A stretch of 20,707 bases of DNA from Vulcanimicrobiaceae bacterium (GTDB lineage Bacteria; Vulcanimicrobiota; Vulcanimicrobiia; Vulcanimicrobiales; Vulcanimicrobiaceae), in NCBI GenBank assembly GCA_046262595.1, contig JBHEMM010000001.1, forward strand, positions 21,409 to 42,115, in the 5' to 3' direction. Below are positions 1-7,038 of the stretch, piece by piece. Numbering within the stretch: position 1 is the stretch's first letter; each line of letters starts with the position of its first letter. The notes beneath the pieces are model-generated. The model worked only from the letters and a program-made list of their open reading frames with translations, made no database searches and was not told the DNA's origin. The position numbers were made by a program, and so were the translations under genes.

Positions 1-2
1 AT

Positions 3-284
3 TCCTGGTGGCAGCGGTTCGCGGGTTTCATTCCGCGCGCGTCCGTCGAACCGGACGATGGCTTATGGTTCCGCGACTGCTGGGCGATTCACACGCTGGC
101 GATGCGCGCGCACATCGACGTGATTTTCCTCGATGCAGATGACCGCGTGCTGCGCACGCAGCGTAACGTGCCGCTCCACCACCCGTTTATCTCGTGCGTC
201 GGCGCGCGTGCGGTTATCGAACTCGGCGCCGGCGCGCTCGACGGCCGCGACGTCCTCGTCGGCGACAAACTGGCGCTGGAATGA
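3..284 (+). CDS. DUF192 family protein (5'-partial, runs off the window edge)
   Basis: Frame is open from position 3: SWWQRFAGFIPRASVEPDDGLWFRDCWAIHTLAMRAHIDVIFLDADDRV...ARAVIELGAG...VGDKL. This matches the DUF192 pattern (R..G, GL.F, IHT..M...IDV.FLD, V.E..AG, GD.L). The ORF-track start at 102 is internal. Confidence 0.88.
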   Translation, partial: SWWQRFAGFIPRASVEPDDGLWFRDCWAIHTLAMRAHIDVIFLDADDRVLRTQRNVPLHHPFISCVGARAVIELGAGALDGRDVLVGDKLALE

Positions 285-291
285 TGCGCGC

Positions 292-1605
292 GTGAACGGG
301 CGCTTTGGCGCATGCATCGTCGCCTTCGCCGTGGCATCGGCACTTGTAAGCGGCGGCCCCATGCTTCCGGAATTTCTGCTGCAATTGCACGATCCCAATC
401 TGTTGGGAGGCCCGCTGTTCGCCGCGGCACTGCACACCTTCGGATGGGCATTCGTGGCGGCTTTGTGCGCAGTTCTTGCCGGATGCGCGGTTCTGCTGGC
501 TGCATGGCGCACGCGGGCACGCGGAGCGACCGACTGGAACGCCGCACTTGCCGCAGCGCTCATCGGACTGTGCATGAGCGGACGCGCTGGCGTAAGTCTG
601 GATCCGATCGGTTGGCTGTGCGCGGCCGGATGCGCCCTGCTGCTCGAACGCGACGACGATCGTTCCAGCATTGCGCTCATCGCTCTGATGCTTGCGTGGG
701 CAGCGCTGCAAGGCGGCGCCACGCTCGGATCGATCTTGATCTTATGCGCGGTCATCGGACGCGTGACGGACGAAGGGGTCTTCGACGCCCGCTTCCGCCG
801 GCGCATCGCGTTTCTCGCGCCTGCGCTGGTCGCCGGGCTGCTGCAGCTGCATTCCTGGCCGTGGCACGGGTACGGCGCGCATGCGCTTTATTTAGACGCG
901 CTCAAAGAAGGCGCGCAGCGCGATCGCCTCTGGAGCGCAGACATCTCCGCGTCGGCGCTTGGATTCGCCGGGGTTCTAACGGTTGCCGCCTGGTACGGCC
1001 TGCGCCGGCGCGGCCGCATGATGGACGCCGTAACGTTCTTCGCGCTGCTCGTGCTCACGCTCATCGATGCGCGCACGCTGCCCTATTTCGGCATCGTTGC
1101 GGCCCCGGCGGCGGTCGACGCACTCGCAAGTTACTACGTACTCGCGCGCAGTTCGCCGCGCGGCGGTGCGTTGCGCTATGCCCCGGCCGCCCTTGCCGCG
1201 TGCGCCGTATTCATCGCGGCCATCGCGGTAACCGAACCCAAGGTCACCATGTGGCCGCGCGCGTACGGACAGCCGGCCGCGCTGCTCTCGTTTTTGCACT
1301 CGCAGCGCACCACGCAGCGCATTCTCTGCACGCATCCGCGCTGGTGTGACGGACTGCATGAAATTCTTCCGCGTGCGCAAAGCGTCGCCGACGATCGAGC
1401 CGGCATCATTTCGCGCTATGCGCTCCACGTGGAAGCCGTCGTTTCCAATGCGTCACCGGGATGGCGCCAAACGATCGAACGCGATCGCGTGAATACCGTT
1501 ATCGCATCGGCGGACGACAGCATCGTGGGTTTGCTCAAAGCCGAGGGATGGAGCGTGCGCGCGTGGGACGAAGGGCGCGTCCTCGTCCAGCCGGGCCGGC
1601 TATGA
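292..1605 (+). CDS. Polytopic membrane protein, degenerate paralog of the downstream GT-C-like protein (~437 aa)
   Basis: GTG start at 292, 7 nt after the DUF192 stop. Many hydrophobic segments plus a soluble C-terminal domain. Segments align by eye with the next gene: WAALQGG~WANLHAS, ILCTHPRWCD~LYCEDFAWCS, VADDRAG~FVDGRCD, WRQTIERDRVNTVI~WRAILEHYNVNAIL. Confidence 0.75.
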   Translation: MNGRFGACIVAFAVASALVSGGPMLPEFLLQLHDPNLLGGPLFAAALHTFGWAFVAALCAVLAGCAVLLAAWRTRARGATDWNAALAAALIGLCMSGRAGVSLDPIGWLCAAGCALLLERDDDRSSIALIALMLAWAALQGGATLGSILILCAVIGRVTDEGVFDARFRRRIAFLAPALVAGLLQLHSWPWHGYGAHALYLDALKEGAQRDRLWSADISASALGFAGVLTVAAWYGLRRRGRMMDAVTFFALLVLTLIDARTLPYFGIVAAPAAVDALASYYVLARSSPRGGALRYAPAALAACAVFIAAIAVTEPKVTMWPRAYGQPAALLSFLHSQRTTQRILCTHPRWCDGLHEILPRAQSVADDRAGIISRYALHVEAVVSNASPGWRQTIERDRVNTVIASADDSIVGLLKAEGWSVRAWDEGRVLVQPGRL

Positions 1606-3014
1606 GAATCGCGTTTGCCATCGTCGCGCTTTTCTTTTCGCGCATGCTCGTCGCCGCATGGTTTTATCCGGGCAACGACGCGGATTTGGGTTGGCAAAGC
1701 TGGCTTGGGTCGCGCATTCTCTCGCAGCATCACATCCCATCGCGTTTGGGAACCGAGACGTTCACGTCCACGGGCTCGCCCTGGGTTGCCCAAGAATGGG
1801 CGTTCAGCACGGCCGTGGCCTGGTCGTACGCGCACCACGCGTACCCTTGGCTCGCGCTGCTTACCGCTCTGGCCGCCGCGGCGGCGATCCTGATCGTCGG
1901 CTACCGCGCGAAGCGGCGCGGCGCGTCGACGATCGCCATTGCGCTGGTCACCGTATGCACCGGTGCGGCGATGCTCCAAGCCTTCGGTGCTCGCGCGCAG
2001 ATCTTCGGCTGGCTCTGTCTTTCGCTGCTGCTGCTCGTGCTGGATGCGGAATCGCCTTGGGCATACCTGGCCATACCGATCGTTGCAGTGTGGGCGAATC
2101 TGCACGCCAGCGCGGTGCTCGCGCCGGTGCTGGTTGGCGCCTGGGCGCTGGGCACGCTTATCGAGGACCGCGCGTGGACGCCGCGCGTCGCGCGCAACAT
2201 GCTCACTGCCGCCGGGTGCGTGCTCGCCATCTGCATGACGCCGCTTTTAGGAGAGCTTCCGCGCTATGCGCTCTCGCTGCAGACCAGCCCCATACGCAGC
2301 ACGATCGCGGAGTGGCAGCCGAGCGATATCGTTGATTTCGCGCTCTACGGCGGTGCGCTTCCGCTTATCGCGCTGTGTGCATATTTCGGCATCGCTGCGC
2401 CGCGGGAACGCTGGCGGGACGGCATGCTGTTCGCGTTGACGGCGCCGATGGCGTTCATGGCGATGCGTCACGTGCCGATTTGCGCGATCACCATAGCGCC
2501 GATGGCGGCGAGCCGGCTGAGCAGCGTGCTGGGACCGTATGCGCGCGTCAACGTGGTGTTGAATGAATCGATCAGCCGAGCCGCGATCGGTTTCGCCGCG
2601 ATCGCATGCTCGGCTGCGATCGCGCTAAACCTGCTGCACGTCCCCGCCATATCGGGCGCGAAACTGCCGCGGCAGGCGATGACGGCACTTGCCGGCGTAC
2701 GGGGCACGCACAACCTCTACTGCGAGGATTTTGCGTGGTGCAGCTTGGCGCTCCCGCACCGCAACGTGCGTACGTTCGTCGACGGACGCTGCGACCCGTT
2801 TCCCAAGCAAGTGTGGGATGACTACGTCGCAATCGAGCATTTGCGCCCGCAATGGCGCGCCATCCTCGAGCACTACAACGTCAACGCGATTCTCGCCAGG
2901 CCGGGACGCCCGCTCGCGCAGGCCCTTGCGCTACAACCCGGCTGGCGCTCGATCTATAAGCGCGGCGGTTACCAGATCTTTCTTCGCGGCGGCATACGCA
3001 CCGCACGCAGTTAG
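1602..3014 (+). CDS. Putative GT-C-fold membrane glycosyltransferase (~470 aa)
   Basis: ATG at 1602 overlaps the upstream stop (ATGA). Acidic DxD-like loop after TM1 (NDADLGWQSWLG), plus W..QEW, WANLH, EW.P and FVDGR.D motifs. Multiple TM helices followed by a C-terminal soluble domain. Confidence 0.7.
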   Translation: MRIAFAIVALFFSRMLVAAWFYPGNDADLGWQSWLGSRILSQHHIPSRLGTETFTSTGSPWVAQEWAFSTAVAWSYAHHAYPWLALLTALAAAAAILIVGYRAKRRGASTIAIALVTVCTGAAMLQAFGARAQIFGWLCLSLLLLVLDAESPWAYLAIPIVAVWANLHASAVLAPVLVGAWALGTLIEDRAWTPRVARNMLTAAGCVLAICMTPLLGELPRYALSLQTSPIRSTIAEWQPSDIVDFALYGGALPLIALCAYFGIAAPRERWRDGMLFALTAPMAFMAMRHVPICAITIAPMAASRLSSVLGPYARVNVVLNESISRAAIGFAAIACSAAIALNLLHVPAISGAKLPRQAMTALAGVRGTHNLYCEDFAWCSLALPHRNVRTFVDGRCDPFPKQVWDDYVAIEHLRPQWRAILEHYNVNAILARPGRPLAQALALQPGWRSIYKRGGYQIFLRGGIRTARS

Positions 3015-4385
3015 CGCCGCGAGGCCCAGCCACGTCGGCGCTTTAGCCAGCCACCACACTGCACCGCCGCTCGCGCCCTGCGTGCGGATGTAATGTGCCC
3101 AAGCGCTCTGCGCCAGAGCCCCGGAGCTTGCGCCGCCGCCAAGGTGCTGCACTTGCGGACCGAACAGCACGGCGATGACGAGCAGAGCGCACGCATAGAG
3201 AAGCGCGGCAGCTGCGCTGCGTAGGCCGGCGTCCGCACTGCGCATCAAACCGCTGGCAGCCGCGTAAACCGTAAGCAATCCCGCCGGAACTGCCAGGAGC
3301 GGTTCGCCGATCATCCATTGCCACGGCACGCACAGGAGCATGACGGCGGCGACGTACCACGCGCGAGCGGGGGGCAAGCTGTGCGCGTACAGCAGCAGCG
3401 CCGCCGGGAACGCAAGCGTAATCTCCGAGTAATGCATGAACGGGCCGCCCGCGACGGAGAAAGCGCACGGTATCGCAACGAGCATGGCGGCGTCGCGCCT
3501 ACGCCGCGCCAGCACCGCCGCGCAAGCGATTCCTGCAACCGCCGCGGCGGCGTAACCGAGATTGCCCAGCGCCAATGCCGCGCGATCGCCGGCACCGGCA
3601 GCATGCGCCATCCACGTCAAGCCGTATTGCGCGATATATCCAATCTCCGATCGCGCATGCGCCGGCAGCACGCCGGTGAAGTACTCGAGCGCAGCAACGC
3701 GGCCGGTGAGCGCCACGTCGAGCGCGAGGAGCGCCGCGCCGCACACGAGCAGCGGCAGACGCGAGCGCGGCGAGAAAAGCATTACGGCGACCAACGCCGG
3801 CAGGAGCACGTGCGGCAGTATCGCCGCAACGGACAGCCACAAGGCACACAGCCAGAAGCGCTGCGCCCGCAGCGCCAGGGCGGCGGCGCAAACCGCCGCC
3901 AAAGCGATCGACGCGACTTCGCCCAACGCCGTAACGGCAATGGCATACGCGCTGCCCGTTATCGTGAGCGCGATCCACAGCGGCACCGAACTCAGGCGCG
4001 AGAGCAGCACGGCGCTCGCAGCGCCGGTTACGAGCAACAGCACCAGCCACAGCAGCGAGGACGCAACGTACGGCAGGAGCGCGAACGGTGCGAAAAGAGC
4101 GAATGCGTAGCCCGGGAAAGGAACCGGTGCCGTTACGCCGCCTGCCGTATGATGCAAGCCGAACGGCTGTGCGAGCGCTTCACAGCGTGCGATCGACGCA
4201 GCGGCATAAGGATTTAGACCGTGCAAAACCGCCGCGCCGCCGCAATAAAATGCGTGGAAGTCGCCGAAGATCTGCGCGCGCCCGCCCAGCACGATCAATT
4301 GCAGCGCGAGAAGGGTGCACGCGGCAACCGCGGCGGCAGCTGCTGCCCGCGCGCTACCCGCCGGCGCGTTTGCGCCGGTGATCAT
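2931..4385 (-). CDS. GT87/DUF2029-like membrane glycosyltransferase
   Basis: GDFHAFYCGG...GLNPY and PFPGYAFALFAPFALLPY resemble the DF..YY..G..PY / YPP...LF.PL..LP signature of DUF2029/GT87 (PimE-like). Polytopic protein. Confidence 0.72.
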   Translation of the reverse strand: MITGANAPAGSARAAAAAAVAACTLLALQLIVLGGRAQIFGDFHAFYCGGAAVLHGLNPYAAASIARCEALAQPFGLHHTAGGVTAPVPFPGYAFALFAPFALLPYVASSLLWLVLLLVTGAASAVLLSRLSSVPLWIALTITGSAYAIAVTALGEVASIALAAVCAAALALRAQRFWLCALWLSVAAILPHVLLPALVAVMLFSPRSRLPLLVCGAALLALDVALTGRVAALEYFTGVLPAHARSEIGYIAQYGLTWMAHAAGAGDRAALALGNLGYAAAAVAGIACAAVLARRRRDAAMLVAIPCAFSVAGGPFMHYSEITLAFPAALLLYAHSLPPARAWYVAAVMLLCVPWQWMIGEPLLAVPAGLLTVYAAASGLMRSADAGLRSAAAALLYACALLVIAVLFGPQVQHLGGGASSGALAQSAWAHYIRTQGASGGAVWWLAKAPTWLGLAALTACGAYAAAKKDLVTAALIDRAPAGL

Positions 4386-5946
4386 CGAGCGATGCGGTTG
4401 AAGTCCGGTATTGCGGTGCGATGCGTCCGAGCATCTTCACCAGACCGTTGGCATCGGGACGCAACTTTTGAACCGCGTACGCATACTCGGACGCGCTCTT
4501 CATGTCTCCGGCGTCGAAACAACTCTGCGCGAGCCGCTCGAGCAGCATGACGTACCGGTCTTCCAGCATTCCGCCGTACTCGAGGAACCAGTGCTCGGGC
4601 GCATCGCCGTCGAGCAGCCGGCCTCCGTAGAGTTCCTCCGCGGCGCGGTAATGCACGGCGGCTTCCAGCACGTCCCCACGCTCGAAGCACGAGTCACCGT
4701 CCGTCACGTGCGCCGTGAAGCGGCGCACGTCTGCCACGACGTTGGAAAGATCGATGCTGACGTCCGGATCGGCGCGGAAATACCGATCGACGCACGCGTA
4801 GCCGACGATCGCCGCCACCGCTTTGCGGATATTGCTGCACGCGGTGCGCACGCTCTGCGCGGCGAGCTGGTGATCGGTATCGGGCCAGAACGTTTTCGCA
4901 AGGTCGGTGCGGCTCGCGGATCCGTTGGGCTGCAGCATCAGGTACTTGACGATCTGCTGATCGCGCCGGCGCATCCACTTCACTTCCTGACCTTGGATCT
5001 GCGCATCAAAACGCCCGAACATGCGCACGATCAGCGGCGAAAGCCTCGCGCTCGGCGAGAGGCGCACGCGCCCGCGCAATTGCCGCAGCGGACGGTACGG
5101 GCGGTAACCCGCATCGTCGGAGATGACGAAAAGCCCCTGCATTTCAAGACGGTGCAGCCGTTCTTGATCTTCGACCGTCGCGCCGGCGATTAAACTGCGC
5201 ACCAGCGCCCGATCTTCTTCACCCGCGCGGTCGAGATCCGCGGCGACAAACTCCGTGAACACCTGGCCGTAACGCCCGCGCCAATGTTCGTACGCGTCGC
5301 TCAGGGAGCGGCCGTCTTCCGACGCGGCGCGCACCGCACCGCTTACGACGATCGCCCAGCCTTCGCTTTCTTCCAGCAAACGCGATATCTCCAGATGGGT
5401 GCACGGAACGCCGCACGTCTCGGCCAGGATCTCCGTTTCGGCGGAATCGAACGCCAAGCGGCGGTAGTCACAGAGCACCGCCATGCCGCGCGCGACCCAC
5501 GTCTTCGCGTCGAGTGCTTCTCGCGAGCGCGAGGTGTAGATGAACGTGAGCAGTTCGGGCGCGTCTTCCACGAGACGGCGCAGGAGCGCAATCGTTTCCG
5601 GCGCGCCGTTGTCGACGTCGTCGATCGCGAGCTCGGTGGGGACGGTCACGGCGCTGCGCAGCGTTTGGACGAGCTCGTCGTAGGCCGCGGGCAGGTGCGG
5701 CAGCCCAAGCGCTTTGGCGATGGCATCGTAAAGCGCGGCGGCATTGCAGCCGAGCGGCAGCGCGCAATAGGCGGCGTCAACCGTGCTATTGGGCAAGTAT
5801 TTTAAAAGAAGGGTCGTTTTTCCCGAACCGGCTGCAGCGACGAGCAAACGAAGCGGGGTGGAAACGTGCGTTCCCAGCCATCGCTCCAGTCGCGCGCGCC
5901 GCACCGTTGAGGGTGCCACCCGAGGCCAAGTGCGCGTTCGAATCAT
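4354..5946 (-). CDS. Transcriptional regulator: MalT-like P-loop NTPase fused to OmpR-type wHTH and BTAD (SARP-like) domains (~530 aa)
   Basis: RARLERWL, Walker A AAAGSGKTT, Walker B LAIDD, TSRS, LAFD..E and EGW are MalT N-terminal features. Then VRMFGRF, LAKTFWPD, SVRTACSNIRK (wHTH) and ADVRRF, AEELYGGRLLDG..EHWF (BTAD). Start placed at ATG 5946; the ORF-track extension to 6108 looks non-coding. Confidence 0.82.
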   Translation of the reverse strand: MIRTRTWPRVAPSTVRRARLERWLGTHVSTPLRLLVAAAGSGKTTLLLKYLPNSTVDAAYCALPLGCNAAALYDAIAKALGLPHLPAAYDELVQTLRSAVTVPTELAIDDVDNGAPETIALLRRLVEDAPELLTFIYTSRSREALDAKTWVARGMAVLCDYRRLAFDSAETEILAETCGVPCTHLEISRLLEESEGWAIVVSGAVRAASEDGRSLSDAYEHWRGRYGQVFTEFVAADLDRAGEEDRALVRSLIAGATVEDQERLHRLEMQGLFVISDDAGYRPYRPLRQLRGRVRLSPSARLSPLIVRMFGRFDAQIQGQEVKWMRRRDQQIVKYLMLQPNGSASRTDLAKTFWPDTDHQLAAQSVRTACSNIRKAVAAIVGYACVDRYFRADPDVSIDLSNVVADVRRFTAHVTDGDSCFERGDVLEAAVHYRAAEELYGGRLLDGDAPEHWFLEYGGMLEDRYVMLLERLAQSCFDAGDMKSASEYAYAVQKLRPDANGLVKMLGRIAPQYRTSTASLDDHRRKRAGG

Positions 5947-6005
5947 AATGTTGTAGTAGGGATATCGGCCCCGCCCGGGCTTCGCGTTAGCAGCTTGCTC
6001 GCGCT

Positions 6006-6019
6006 CGAACGTTTGTTCG
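6006..6019. promoter_or_regulatory. LexA-binding SOS (Cheo) box, Gram-positive type
   Basis: CGAACGTTTGTTCG (minus strand CGAACAAACGTTCG) matches the consensus CGAAC-RNRY-GTTCG exactly. It lies in the divergent intergenic region. Confidence 0.65.
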
Positions 6020-6175
6020 CGGCCCTTAAGCGCCGATAACCTTCTTTGAAGATGCTTCGCGCCGGTGAGGAATCGTCGAACGCATACTGTCCGAAAAACG
6101 ACGCGCATGCCGCCGCGGCCACCGCGCCGGCACGATCAACGGAACAAGCTCGCGCCGACACGAAACGCTTGACAT

Positions 6176-7027
6176 ATGCCGCTGGTGTTCGTTCCCACGC
6201 CGCTGGGCAACCTTCGCGACATCACGCTGCGCGCGCTTGACGTTCTGAGCGAATGTTCGCTCCTGGTCGCCGAAGATTCGCGCGTGGCGCGTAAGCTGCT
6301 TTCCGCGCTGGAGCTGCCCGGCAAAGAGATTTGGACGTATCACGACCATAATGCGCGCGGAGCGACCGCAAACATCTTAGACCGCGCTCGCGAAGAAACC
6401 GTTGCCGTCGTCACGGACGCGGGAACGCCGGGCATCTCCGATCCCGGAATGGAACTGGTCGCCGCGGCCCGGCAAGCCGGTGTTGCACTTGAAGTGCTTC
6501 CCGGCGCCAGTGCGCTCATTGGCGCCGCGGTGCTTTCCGGCTTTGCGCTGCGGCGTTTTATCTTCGAAGGCTTTCCGCCGCGCACCGCGGGCGCACGCAG
6601 GCGCGCGTTCGCGCAGAGCTTCGCTTTATCGGTGACCAGTATCTGGTACGAGTCGCCGCAGCGCATTCTCGCGGCGCTCGCCGACGTGCATGCCGTCGAT
6701 CCGCGCGCGCGGGTCTTCTTGCTGCGCGAATATACGAAGCAGTTCGAGGAGCAGATCAGCGGCACCGCGCAAGAAGTCGCTGCGCAACTCGAGCAGCCGG
6801 TGCGCGGTGAAGTTGCGTTCGCCGTCCTTCCGGCGCAGCGAGACGCGCCCGCTCCCGAGGAAAAAGACATCGATGAAGCGATCGATGCGGCACTCGTGCA
6901 AGGGCAAAGTGTCGCCGACGCCGCAAAAATGCTGAGCGAACGGGGCCTTGGAGAACGGCGCAGCCTCTACGCGCGCATAAGCGGACGAAAGCATCTGCGC
7001 AAGGAAGGCGCAGACCCGGGGCGATAG
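6176..7027 (+). CDS. rsmI: 16S rRNA (cytidine1402-2'-O)-methyltransferase
   Basis: LVFVPTPLGNLRDITLRALDVL, AEDSR, VVTDAGTPGISDPG, PGASA, FEGFPP, YESPQR, REYTKQFEE, RGE. Confidence 0.96.
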   Translation: MPLVFVPTPLGNLRDITLRALDVLSECSLLVAEDSRVARKLLSALELPGKEIWTYHDHNARGATANILDRAREETVAVVTDAGTPGISDPGMELVAAARQAGVALEVLPGASALIGAAVLSGFALRRFIFEGFPPRTAGARRRAFAQSFALSVTSIWYESPQRILAALADVHAVDPRARVFLLREYTKQFEEQISGTAQEVAAQLEQPVRGEVAFAVLPAQRDAPAPEEKDIDEAIDAALVQGQSVADAAKMLSERGLGERRSLYARISGRKHLRKEGADPGR

Positions 7028-7038
7028 ATAGCCGCTGT

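Noticed and set aside
133..291. ORF-track 5' extensions (also 1461, 8475, 9896, 12380, 13528, 13817, 15951)
   Set aside because: They overlap upstream genes extensively. Downstream starts with stop/start coupling or Shine-Dalgarno sites fit better.
5947..6108. 54-codon N-terminal extension of the regulator in the ORF track
   Set aside because: No domain-like content, covers the AT-richer intergenic region with the SOS box, and MalT-like similarity begins only after Met at 5946.
6169..6174. Perfect TTGACA hexamer just before rsmI
   Set aside because: It lies 1 nt from the start codon, and no -10 element occurs 16-18 nt downstream, so it cannot be the rsmI -35.
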